From contig JBQTHD010000019.1 of assembly GCA_052390275.1 (NCBI GenBank), forward strand, positions 36 to 24,035: a stretch of 24,000 bases of DNA, in the 5' to 3' direction. The stretch's first letter is position 1. Each line of letters begins with the position of its first letter. Of this stretch, positions 14,811 to 22,964 are shown piece by piece. The DNA comes from Acidimicrobiales bacterium. GTDB taxonomy: Bacteria; Actinomycetota; Acidimicrobiia; Acidimicrobiales; AC-14. Both the position numbers and the translations under genes were made by a program. A model generated the notes under the pieces. That model saw nothing but the letters and a program-made list of their open reading frames with translations. It was not told where the DNA came from and ran no database searches.

Positions 14811-15194
14811 TCAGACCGTGGCCCGGCGGGTGGTGACGGCTCGGGCGGCCAGGATGGCGACGATGGCGCCGACTTCGGCGGCCACCGTCTGGGCCGCCTC
14901 GGGGGTCCATCCCTCCAAGAAGCCGAAAAAACCAACGGTGCGAGACAGGGTCAGCGCCACCAGGGAGGACACCGCCAGGCCCAGACCGGCGGCGACCACC
15001 CAGCGGTTGACGCTGACGACCACGGCCACCGCCACCAGAACCGAGGCGGCGGCGTTGACCAAGAATGACGGCCCCACCACCGGAATCGCCCGGTAGGTCT
15101 GGGACCACAGGGACAGATGGATCGCACCGCCGGCCAGCACCAGCGCCGCCGCTATCAGTCGAGGTGTGAATGCCAACAAGCGTCCCGAAGTCAT
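14811..15194 (-). CDS. small integral membrane protein (about 4 TM), unknown function
   Basis: 127 aa with four hydrophobic segments. ATG at 15194 with GAGGAA upstream, only 7 nt after the cydB stop. Confidence 0.55.
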   Translation of the reverse strand: MTSGRLLAFTPRLIAAALVLAGGAIHLSLWSQTYRAIPVVGPSFLVNAAASVLVAVAVVVSVNRWVVAAGLGLAVSSLVALTLSRTVGFFGFLEGWTPEAAQTVAAEVGAIVAILAARAVTTRRATV

Positions 15195-15201
15195 CGTTCC
15201 T

Positions 15202-16260
15202 CTACGGAGCCGCCGGCTGAGCCGTACGGGCCGGGCCGGTCGACGCTTCGTCCAGGTCCCCGCGCTGGGCCATCCACAGCAACACCACCAGGGCGGGAAT
15301 GAACAGGACGGCCCCGATGGCCAGGCTGATGAGCATGGCCACCAGCGCTGCCCGGCTGCCGGCGGCGGCTTCGATGCTCAACTGCCCAACCAGCATCTCC
15401 GGGTACTGCCCGGCCGCCCATCCCCACAGCACGGCACCCACGGCGACGGCCGCGCTCCATCGGCTGAGCCGGTAGCGACGGGCCGCCAGGAGCCAGAAGG
15501 AGGTTCCCGCCCCCGCCGCCGACACAACCAGCAGCGGCAGAGCCCGACCCGAAAGACCGTCGAAGAGTCGGGGGGCGTCGGAGGCGAGCACGGCGATTCC
15601 GACCAGGGCCACCACCCCCGATAACACCCCCGTGGCCATGGCCCGGCGCCGGAACGCCTCCGCCAGAAGGGTCTCCTGGCGACGGGCGGCCTCGGCGGTC
15701 AGGTAGGTGGCCGCCAGATAGGCGCAGACCAGCACGGCCATCGTCCCCCCCAACATCGAAGTCGGGTTCCACCAGGAGCCGATGGGATCGATGGGAGCGG
15801 CCGCCGCTCCCCGTTGGTAGGCGGTCACCCGCCCGGAGGCCACCGCTCCCACCACCGTCCCGAGGAAGAACGGAGTCAGGACAGACGAGAGGGCAAAGGC
15901 CACGCCGTAGGTCCGCTTGGTGGCGATCGGCACCACCGCCTTGCGAAAGGCAAACGCCGAGCCCCTGGCGATGATGCCCACAGCCGCCAACGTGAGGGGG
16001 ATGTACAACGTTCCCATGACCGCCGCGAAGGCGGAGGGAAACCCGCTCCACAAGATGACCAGGGCGAAGATCAGCCAGACGTGGTTGGCCTCCCACACGG
16101 GCCCGATGGACTTCTCGATGAGGGCCCGGGCCGGCGCCCCCGAGCGGGTGCGGCCCGAGAGCAGGTCCCAGATTCCGGCTCCGAAGTCAGCCCCGCCGAA
16201 GACGGCGTAGAGCGTGCCTCCGGCGAACATCACCACCAGCACCCCCTCGGCCAGGGTCAT
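15202..16260 (-). CDS. cydB: cytochrome bd oxidase subunit II
   Basis: I place the start at the ATG at 16260 (MTLAEGVLVVMFAGGTLYAVFGGADFGAGIWDLL, the typical CydB N-terminus). Polytopic membrane protein located downstream of cydA. Confidence 0.9.
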   Translation of the reverse strand: MTLAEGVLVVMFAGGTLYAVFGGADFGAGIWDLLSGRTRSGAPARALIEKSIGPVWEANHVWLIFALVILWSGFPSAFAAVMGTLYIPLTLAAVGIIARGSAFAFRKAVVPIATKRTYGVAFALSSVLTPFFLGTVVGAVASGRVTAYQRGAAAAPIDPIGSWWNPTSMLGGTMAVLVCAYLAATYLTAEAARRQETLLAEAFRRRAMATGVLSGVVALVGIAVLASDAPRLFDGLSGRALPLLVVSAAGAGTSFWLLAARRYRLSRWSAAVAVGAVLWGWAAGQYPEMLVGQLSIEAAAGSRAALVAMLISLAIGAVLFIPALVVLLWMAQRGDLDEASTGPARTAQPAAP

Positions 16261-16288
16261 TCGTGGGCCCCGTTCGCCCCGGCGAGAA

Positions 16289-17785
16289 TCATTTGAGGTC
16301 CGCCTCAGGGGCCATCGAAGCCATTTGGACCTCCGCCTCAGGTCGGGCGGCCGGATCTGTCGACGACAATGGCGATGACGCGGGGGGTCCGCCGGATTCC
16401 TCCGGGCCGATGGGGGCAGGTTCGGACTCGGGTGCCCCGGAGGCACCGCCAGGTCGGATCATCCGCCGCAGAACGGTGATCACCGCCACCGTCAGGGCGA
16501 CGTAGACCACGATGAGCCCGTAGTAGCCAAACCGGATCCCCGGGGCCCGGGTCACCGCCTCGTCCACCCGCATCACTTCGTAGACGATCCAGGGTTGGCG
16601 GCCGACCTCGGTGGCCACCCATCCCGCCTCCATCGCCACCGCGGCCAGCGGGCCGGCTGCGGCCGCCGCCCACAGGAAGACCCGGGCAGCCGGCAGGTCC
16701 CGCCGCCGCCACCACGACCATCCCAACCAGACACCCAACCCCAGGAGAAAGAAGCCAATGGCCACCATCACCTGGAAGGCCGCCCGAACGATCGGCACCG
16801 GCGGGCGCTCGTCGGCGGGGACCTGGTCCAACCCGGCCACCACCGCGTCAACGTCACCGTGGGCCAACCACGACAGCCCGCCGGGGATCTCCAGGCCGTA
16901 GCGAACCTCGCCGTCGATGTAGAGACCGCCAATGGTCAGAGGAGCGCGAGGTTGGGTCCGCAGCACACCCTCCAGAGCGGCCAGCTTCACCGGCTGATTT
17001 TCGGCCAGGAAGCGGGCGGCCCAGTCGCCGACCACGATCTGGGCCGGGGTCAGGGCGGCGGCAAAGGCGAAGGGAAGAAGGAATCCAATCCGGTTGTACC
17101 GGTCTCGCCGACCCCGCAGCAGGCCCCAGGCGTAGATCGATGCGACCAGGAACCCGGCCACCATCAGCGCAGCCAGCACCATGTGGGTGGTCTGCACCGG
17201 AGTGGCCGGATTGAACATGGCCGCCACCGGATCGACGTTTCGGACCTGGCCGGTTTCGCGATAGTGGTCGATGTCGAAGCCGGTCGGCTGGTTCATCCAG
17301 GCGTTGGCCGTGACCACGAACCAGGCCGAGGCAATCCCGGCGATGGGCACGGGCAGGCCCACCAGCAGATGCTGGCGAGGGGTCAGGCGGCGGCGGCCGT
17401 AGAGGTAGATCCCCAGGAAGATGGCCTCCAGGAAGAAGGCCACACCCTCGATGGCAAAGGGAAGTCCCCAGACGTCGCCGAAGGTACCCATGAGGTCAGG
17501 CCAGAGGATTCCAAGCTCAAAAGAGAGAATTGTGCCGGACACGGCGCCGACGGCAAAGAGCACGGCGAAGGCCTTGCTCCACCGGTAGGCCAACTCGGCG
17601 AACACCGGGTCCCCGGTGCGGATACCCCGCCATTGGGCCAGGAGGATAAGGATGGGGAAACCCACCCCGAGGCTGGCAATGACGATGTGCCAACCCAGAG
17701 AAAGCGCCATCTGCTGGCGGGCGGCCCACAGATTGGCCTCAAGGACCGAGTCGCTCGTCGCCAGGAGGTGGGCCAGGCCCATCAT
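16289..17785 (-). CDS. cydA: cytochrome bd oxidase subunit I
   Basis: AGWVATEVGRQPWIVY signature, a multi-TM profile, and an N-terminal WAARQQMALSLGWH resembling the usual CydA start. ATG at 17785 (the track start at 17806 is TTG). Carries a Pro/Ser/Glu-rich C-terminal tail. Confidence 0.9.
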   Translation of the reverse strand: MMGLAHLLATSDSVLEANLWAARQQMALSLGWHIVIASLGVGFPILILLAQWRGIRTGDPVFAELAYRWSKAFAVLFAVGAVSGTILSFELGILWPDLMGTFGDVWGLPFAIEGVAFFLEAIFLGIYLYGRRRLTPRQHLLVGLPVPIAGIASAWFVVTANAWMNQPTGFDIDHYRETGQVRNVDPVAAMFNPATPVQTTHMVLAALMVAGFLVASIYAWGLLRGRRDRYNRIGFLLPFAFAAALTPAQIVVGDWAARFLAENQPVKLAALEGVLRTQPRAPLTIGGLYIDGEVRYGLEIPGGLSWLAHGDVDAVVAGLDQVPADERPPVPIVRAAFQVMVAIGFFLLGLGVWLGWSWWRRRDLPAARVFLWAAAAAGPLAAVAMEAGWVATEVGRQPWIVYEVMRVDEAVTRAPGIRFGYYGLIVVYVALTVAVITVLRRMIRPGGASGAPESEPAPIGPEESGGPPASSPLSSTDPAARPEAEVQMASMAPEADLK

Positions 17786-17970
17786 GGACCGGTCCACCGG
17801 CGGCAAATGCCGTCAAGCCCGCCTCGAACCGCCGTTTTCGCCCGGGCCGCACCATCACCACCAGGCCCAGGCATCGACAACGAAGCAGTGGGGGAGAACC
17901 CCGCGACCCCCCATCCGAGACTGGCCAAATACTCCATGGCGAACCTCCCGGGCGGACCCTAACACCCCTC

Positions 17971-17988
17971 TTGTGAAACGATTCACAA
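17971..17988. promoter_or_regulatory. Rex (redox-sensing repressor) operator, perfect palindrome
   Basis: TTGTGAA-ACGA-TTCACAA is an exact match to the Rex operator consensus TTGTGAA-N4-TTCACAA. It lies in the divergent region between cydA (start 17785) and the M20 gene (start 18060). It also satisfies TGTGA-N6-TCACA (CRP/FNR-type). Confidence 0.7.
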
Positions 17989-18059
17989 GTCTCTTCCCGG
18001 GTTTTGGGCGCCTGGCTGCGGCCCGGATCGCCCGGCGGCCGGCCATTAGCGTGCAGGCG

Positions 18060-19307
18060 ATGCCGTCACCCGAGGACTCCGCTGCGGCTCGGGTCCGGGC
18101 AGATGACCCCCAGGCGTCCGGCACGGAGATCCCGTCGGAAACGGTGGTGGCCCTCAAGGAGCAGGTGACCGAGGAGGTCCTGCGCCGGGCCGGCCAGTTG
18201 GCCGAGGTGTCCCACCTGATCCACGCCCGCCCGGAGTTGGGCTTCGAGGAGCACTACGCCGCTGGTCTTCTCACCCAGGCGCTGGCCGATGCCGGGTTGG
18301 AGGTCACTCCCGGAGTCGGGGGCCTGCCCACCGCCTTCACCGCCACCGCCGGCCCGATCGGGGGCCCGGCGGTGGGCATCATGTGTGAGTACGACGCCCT
18401 TCCCGGCCTGGGCCATGGCTGTGGCCACAATGTCATCGCCGCCGCCGGCCTCGGAGCTGGCCTGGGGGCGATGGTGGCGGCTGAGGCCCTGGGCGGCCGG
18501 TTGGTGGTCATAGGTACGCCGGCCGAGGAAGGGGGCGGGGGCAAGGTCGCCCTGCTGGAGGCCGGCGTGTTCGACGGCCTGGTGGCCGCCCTGATGGTCC
18601 ACCCGGCCGCCGCCGATCTGGCCGAGGCCCAGGTTGTGGCCATCTCCACCTTCTCGGCCACCTACGCCGGCCGGGCCGCCCACGCCGCGGCCGCCCCCTG
18701 GGATGGGCGCAACGCCCTCGACGCTGGCGTCCTCGGCTACATGGCCGTCGGCGCTCTCCGCCAGCACATCCGCTCGGACGAACGGGTCCACGGCATCTTC
18801 ACCCACGGGGGCGACAAGCCCAACATCGTCCCCGATCGGGTGGTGGCCGAGTGGTACGTGAGGGCGCCCACCGCGACGGGGGCCGGGGTCCTGCGGGAAC
18901 GGGTCGTGGCCGCCCTGGCCGGGTGCGCGGCCGCCGCCGGCTGCACCATGGAGATCGCCCCGCTGGGCCCCGACTACACCGAACTGGTCAGCAACCAGCC
19001 GTTGCTGGACTGCTACCGGGCCAACAGCGCCGCCCTCGGCCGACCGGTGGCCGACCCCACCCCCCAGTCCCGCCTGGTGGCCAGCACTGACGCCGGCAAC
19101 GTCAGCCTGGCTGTACCCACCATCCACCCCATGGTCAAGGTGGCGCCGGCGGGCGTGGCCCTGCACTCTGAGTCCTTCGCCCGGGCGGCCATCTCCGCCG
19201 AAGCCGACCAGGCCATCGTCGAGGCCGCCGGGGCCATGGCCATGACCGCCGTCGATATTTGGGCCAGTGGCCAACTGCGGGCCGCGGTGAGCCAGGCCCA
19301 CGGCTGA
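18060..19307 (+). CDS. M20-family amidohydrolase/peptidase (M20D-like)
   Basis: LIHARPELGFEEHYAA, MCEYDALPGLGHGCGHN, VIGTPAEEGGGGK. I place the start at the ATG at 18060; the upstream part of the track ORF is antisense to cydA. TAGCGT lies 7 nt upstream of the ATG with no SD. Confidence 0.85.
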   Translation: MPSPEDSAAARVRADDPQASGTEIPSETVVALKEQVTEEVLRRAGQLAEVSHLIHARPELGFEEHYAAGLLTQALADAGLEVTPGVGGLPTAFTATAGPIGGPAVGIMCEYDALPGLGHGCGHNVIAAAGLGAGLGAMVAAEALGGRLVVIGTPAEEGGGGKVALLEAGVFDGLVAALMVHPAAADLAEAQVVAISTFSATYAGRAAHAAAAPWDGRNALDAGVLGYMAVGALRQHIRSDERVHGIFTHGGDKPNIVPDRVVAEWYVRAPTATGAGVLRERVVAALAGCAAAAGCTMEIAPLGPDYTELVSNQPLLDCYRANSAALGRPVADPTPQSRLVASTDAGNVSLAVPTIHPMVKVAPAGVALHSESFARAAISAEADQAIVEAAGAMAMTAVDIWASGQLRAAVSQAHG

Positions 19308-19314
19308 CGCCAGG

Positions 19315-21165
19315 GTGAGCGACGGGGCACCGACCTATCGGGTCGAAGAATGGACCGAGGCGGAGGCGGCGGTCTTGCGCCGGTACTTCACCAACCTGAC
19401 CGGGCCGGTGTTCGCCCTGGTCAACCTGCCTGAAGTGGTCAAGGGTGCCCTTTTCGCCCGGTACTCCCGCTCATCCAAGAGCCTGCGTCGACTGTTCCTG
19501 GACGAGTTCGCCGACCACCTCGACCCAGATCCGACTTCCAGCCCCTCGCCGTCGACACCGACACAGAGGGCCGGTGGCGGTGACGTCGGGTTGGCGCGAG
19601 CCCAGGACCTCTACCAGCGGGTGTTCCACGAGTACGGGGACGACTCGGTGGCCCAGTTGGGCGGGGTCCATCTGGCCTGCGAGCAGGTCTCCAACCTGTT
19701 GTCCAAGATCCTCGAGTGGGGTCGGCTCATGTCCTACCTGGAGCAGTCGACGCGCTACATCGCCTACGACGATCGACCGGGAGGCCGGTTCCGCTACCAC
19801 CGGGACCCGGAACTCGTCGCCAGCCCGCTGGGCCCGCGCTACCAGGCAGAGATGGACGCAATCTTCACCACCTACACCCAACTGATCCCACCCACCATCG
19901 CCGACCTGACCCGACGATTTCCCCCGGCCCCCGGTGAGCAACCCGGGGTGCACCGCCGGGCGATCAGGGCCCGAGCGCTGGACGCCCTCCGGGGTCTACT
20001 CCCCGCGGGCACCCAGTCCAACCTGGGGATATACGGATCCGGCCAGGCCTACGAGGCCCTACTGCTGAGGATGAGGGCCGATCCGCTGCCCGAGGCCCGG
20101 GCCTATGCGGATCTGATGCTGCCCGAACTGCGCCAGGTGATCCCGTCCTTCCTGACCCGGGTGGATCGGCCCGACCGGGGAGTGGCCCATTCGTCCTACC
20201 TGGCCGCCACCCGACAGAACAGTGCCCGGTGGGCGGCCGGCGCTGGTCTGGACCGCCCGGACGGGGTCGATCCACAGCGGCTTGATCCGGAGCGGCTTGA
20301 TCCGGAGCGGCTTGATTCTGAGCGGCTTGATCCGGAGCGGATCGGCCCTGGAGAGGTGGGCCCAGGGAGAATCGACCCGGGGGAGAAGGAACTGCGGCGG
20401 CCCGGCCCCGGCGGGAGCCGGTTCGGCGGGGCGGAGGTGTCCCTGTCGAGGTTCGATCCTCAGGCTGAGGACGACCTCCTGGTCGCCATCCTGTACCCCC
20501 ACAGCCACCGCAGCGAGGAGTCACTAGCCCGCCAGGTGGCCACCATGAGCGCCCAGGACCGGACCCGTCTTCTGGCCGCCTGGACGGGGGAGCGAGGCAA
20601 CCGTCGCCATCGTCCGGGGCGGGCTCTGGAGTTGGTGAGCTACCGCTTCGACATCGTCAGCGACTACGGGGCGTTTCGCGACCTGCAACGTCATCGGATG
20701 CTCACCATCCAGTGGCAGACACTCAGCCCCTGGCACGGCTTCGATGTTCCCCCGGACGTGTCCATCGCCGGGGTCGAGGCCCAGTACCGCCGGGCCATGG
20801 AGCGCTCCGGCGACCTGTACCGGGACCTGGTCGGGTCCTTCGGGCCCCAGGCCCCTTATGCCCTGGCGCTCGGCTACCGCATTCGTTACTCGATGCATCT
20901 CAATGCCCGGGAAGCCATGCACATGCTCGAACTGCGGACGACGCCGGCGGCCCACCCCTCCTACCGGGCCATCTGTGTGGAGATGCATCGCCAGATCGCC
21001 GAGGTGGCCGGCCACCGGGCCATCGCCGCCATGATGAGCTTCGTCGGCCCGATCACTGACGGTCAGGGCAGCGCCGAGGTGGGCCGGTTGGACTCTGAGC
21101 GCCGGGCTTTCGAGCGTCGAGGCGCAGTCGTCGCCGACGCGGGCCCTGGGCTAACCCTCAACTGA
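19315..21165 (+). CDS. long ThyX/Thy1-like (flavin-dependent thymidylate synthase-like) protein with a low-complexity insert
   Basis: N-terminal LPEVVKGALFARYSRSSKSLRRLF and C-terminal DYGAFRDLQRHRMLT resemble split ThyX signature elements (S.RY and RHR). 616 aa is far longer than canonical ThyX. GTG start. The family assignment comes from memory of motifs only. Confidence 0.5.
   Translation: MSDGAPTYRVEEWTEAEAAVLRRYFTNLTGPVFALVNLPEVVKGALFARYSRSSKSLRRLFLDEFADHLDPDPTSSPSPSTPTQRAGGGDVGLARAQDLYQRVFHEYGDDSVAQLGGVHLACEQVSNLLSKILEWGRLMSYLEQSTRYIAYDDRPGGRFRYHRDPELVASPLGPRYQAEMDAIFTTYTQLIPPTIADLTRRFPPAPGEQPGVHRRAIRARALDALRGLLPAGTQSNLGIYGSGQAYEALLLRMRADPLPEARAYADLMLPELRQVIPSFLTRVDRPDRGVAHSSYLAATRQNSARWAAGAGLDRPDGVDPQRLDPERLDPERLDSERLDPERIGPGEVGPGRIDPGEKELRRPGPGGSRFGGAEVSLSRFDPQAEDDLLVAILYPHSHRSEESLARQVATMSAQDRTRLLAAWTGERGNRRHRPGRALELVSYRFDIVSDYGAFRDLQRHRMLTIQWQTLSPWHGFDVPPDVSIAGVEAQYRRAMERSGDLYRDLVGSFGPQAPYALALGYRIRYSMHLNAREAMHMLELRTTPAAHPSYRAICVEMHRQIAEVAGHRAIAAMMSFVGPITDGQGSAEVGRLDSERRAFERRGAVVADAGPGLTLN
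20269..20343 (+). repeat. in-frame 15-bp tandem repeat x5 (pentapeptide DP(Q/E)RL)
   Basis: GATCCACAGCGGCTT, GATCCGGAGCGGCTT x2, GATTCTGAGCGGCTT, GATCCGGAGCGGATC. These encode DPQRL DPERL DPERL DSERL DPERI inside the ThyX-like CDS. Confidence 0.9.
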
Positions 21166-21752
21166 TGGTGGAGGGTGGTGGATACACTGGTCCTGACCAG
21201 CCATAACCGACAAAGTGGCTGCTAGAGCAGGCCATAATCCGCCTTGCGCCCGGCGACCGGGCCGACAAAGGTTGGGACCGTCCACGACGCCCCAGACCCC
21301 CGGGTCGTGGGCTTCGGTGCCACCTTCGGGCGGCGCCGAGGGGGCGGTCAAGGGCAGCGCGGATTCGGGGGACCGAGTAGAGAACGTTCTGACAACCCCA
21401 GCGGCCGGGCGGACAACCACCACCCGGGCTCTGAGGGCCAACCGAACGGCGCCAAAGGTCTCCCGGGTCCCGTCATGTCGAAACCGGGGCCACGGCTCAG
21501 GCCGAGTGCCCCGGCTACCCCACGTCGGCCCGATTTCGTTTCGGTGGGGCATGGCCGGGCGTGCTCTATGCTCCCGCCTTCGCCCCCGACCACACCCCTC
21601 GCCGCCGACCCGCCACCGCTTTTCCCACTCCTGATCGTCCGATCGACTCCACCGAATGACCGCCTGCTGCGGGGCGGGTATGCCGAAAGGACGATGACGG
21701 ACTCAATGCTGGGGACTTCCCCGAGGGAACGGAATCCGAGGACTTCGACGCC

Positions 21753-22283
21753 ATGAACAGTGGACTGATCGCCGGAGACGACGACCTCGAGGGTGATGAC
21801 CTGGAGGTCGAACTTGAAGCCGACGACCTCGACGGCTTGGAGGACGAGGCCGACGAGGTGGGCCTCGACGACGACGCCGTGTTGGACGACGAGGTCAGCC
21901 TGAACGACGCTGGCCTGGACGACGCTGGCCTGGACGATGCCGACGACTCCGGCCTGGACGATGAAGTCGACGAAGTCGTAGCCGCCGTTGCCACCAAGGA
22001 CGAGGTGGCCGACGACGAAGAGGACGACGAAGAGGACGAGGACGAGCTTGACGACGACGTGGAGGCCAGCCTCGACGTGATCCTCAAGGACCGTCTGGTG
22101 GTCGTTGACGACGAAGTCGACGACGACGAGGACGACCCCGGGGGTGCCGAGGACCGGGCGGAGCCGTCCACCAAGGTTCCAACGAAGAGGCCGGAGGAGT
22201 TCGTCTGCCAGTCCTGTTTTCTGGTCAAGCACCCCGGTCAGTTGGCGGATGCCACCCGGATGTACTGCCGGGACTGCGTGTAG
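21753..22283 (+). CDS. DUF4193-like protein: hyper-acidic N-terminal region plus C-terminal CxxC...CxxC zinc ribbon
   Basis: C-terminus EEFVCQSCFLVKHPGQLADATRMYCRDCV matches the DUF4193 pattern common in Actinomycetota. Preceded by about 130 aa dominated by Asp/Glu. Confidence 0.65.
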   Translation: MNSGLIAGDDDLEGDDLEVELEADDLDGLEDEADEVGLDDDAVLDDEVSLNDAGLDDAGLDDADDSGLDDEVDEVVAAVATKDEVADDEEDDEEDEDELDDDVEASLDVILKDRLVVVDDEVDDDEDDPGGAEDRAEPSTKVPTKRPEEFVCQSCFLVKHPGQLADATRMYCRDCV

Positions 22284-22290
22284 AACCGCA

Positions 22291-22908
22291 ATGACGGCTC
22301 CGCGGCGCCCCTCGGATCTGGCGGCCGACGTGTTCATCCACGCCCCGTTGGGCCTGGCCATGGCCGCTGCTGAAATGTTCCCCTCCCTTAGCGCCAAGGG
22401 TCGCCGAGAACTGGCTTCCCGCCGGGCCACCGCCACCATGGTTGGCAGGGTCGCCACCGAGCAGGGCCTGAACCTGTTGAAAGCCCGGGTCGGCTCGCTG
22501 CTCGACACCCGCCGGCCTGCTTCCACGGGGCCCGCTTCCACTGGGCCTGCTTCCACTGGGCCTGCTTCCACTGGGCCTGCTTCCACTGGGCCTGCTTCCA
22601 CTGGGCCTGCTTCCACTGGGCCTGCTTCCACTGGGCCTGCTTCCACTGGGCCTGCTTCAGTCGCCCCGATGGAGCCCGGGATAAGGGCCGATACTTCCGA
22701 GCAGGAGTCCGCCGGGACCGAGCCCACATGGGCTGAGGTGCTTCCCGGCTACGACTCGCTGGCGGCATCGCAGATCGTGGCCCGATTAGGCGCCCTGGGA
22801 CCGGTGGAACTTCGGGCCATCTCCGCCCGGGAATCTGCCGGCCGGTCCCGCCGCAGCATTCTCCGTAGGATCGACCAGTTGCTCGACGCCCCGCCGGATG
22901 GCCACTGA
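22291..22908 (+). CDS. hypothetical protein with a central (PASTG)9 repeat and a conserved-looking C-terminal helical module
   Basis: I place the start at the ATG at 22291, 8 nt after the DUF4193-like stop. N-terminal amphipathic helices, a PASTG x9 linker, and C-terminal YDSLAASQIVARLGALGPVELRAISARESAGRSRRSILRRIDQLL. Family not recognised with confidence. Confidence 0.55.
   Translation: MTAPRRPSDLAADVFIHAPLGLAMAAAEMFPSLSAKGRRELASRRATATMVGRVATEQGLNLLKARVGSLLDTRRPASTGPASTGPASTGPASTGPASTGPASTGPASTGPASTGPASTGPASVAPMEPGIRADTSEQESAGTEPTWAEVLPGYDSLAASQIVARLGALGPVELRAISARESAGRSRRSILRRIDQLLDAPPDGH
22516..22659 (+). repeat. in-frame 15-bp tandem repeat, 9 full copies plus a partial copy
   Basis: Unit CCTGCTTCCACTGGG. 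Seven consecutive copies (22546-22650) are nucleotide-identical; the first two differ by 1-2 nt. Confidence 0.95.
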
Positions 22909-22964
22909 GCGCGCCCCTGCCTCGACCGGATGCCCCCGGCGAGGCACCCGGTGCCAATTGGTCG

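Noticed and set aside
16595-17962. 455-aa plus-strand ORF
   Set aside because: It is antisense to cydA (GRQPW signature on the minus strand).
17971-17988. Calling the palindrome a CRP/GlxR site
   Set aside because: It does satisfy TGTGA-N6-TCACA, but the full 7+4+7 palindrome TTGTGAA-N4-TTCACAA is the more specific Rex pattern, and cydA is a classic Rex target. CRP-family binding cannot be excluded from sequence alone.
18066-19301. 411-aa minus-strand ORF
   Set aside because: It is antisense to the M20 amidohydrolase gene.
21381-21390. LexA/SOS (Cheo-type) box
   Set aside because: GAACGTTC lacks the 4-nt spacer of GAAC-N4-GTTC and of the actinobacterial TCGAAC-N4-GTTCGA.
21694-21756. Frameshifted N-terminal extension of the DUF4193-like gene (ATG at 21694, MTDSMLG…, in another frame)
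   Set aside because: Joining it would need a +1 shift for which there is no slippery site or homology evidence that I can verify. The in-frame ATG at 21753 is sufficient.
22516-22659. Possible CRISPR array
   Set aside because: The units are contiguous 15-mers with no spacers, lie in frame within a CDS, and there are no cas genes.
21348-22727. 459-aa minus-strand ORF with a (GPVEA)n repeat
   Set aside because: It is the reverse-complement reading of the PASTG repeat and the acidic DUF4193-like gene. It crosses three plus-strand features and has no motif support.
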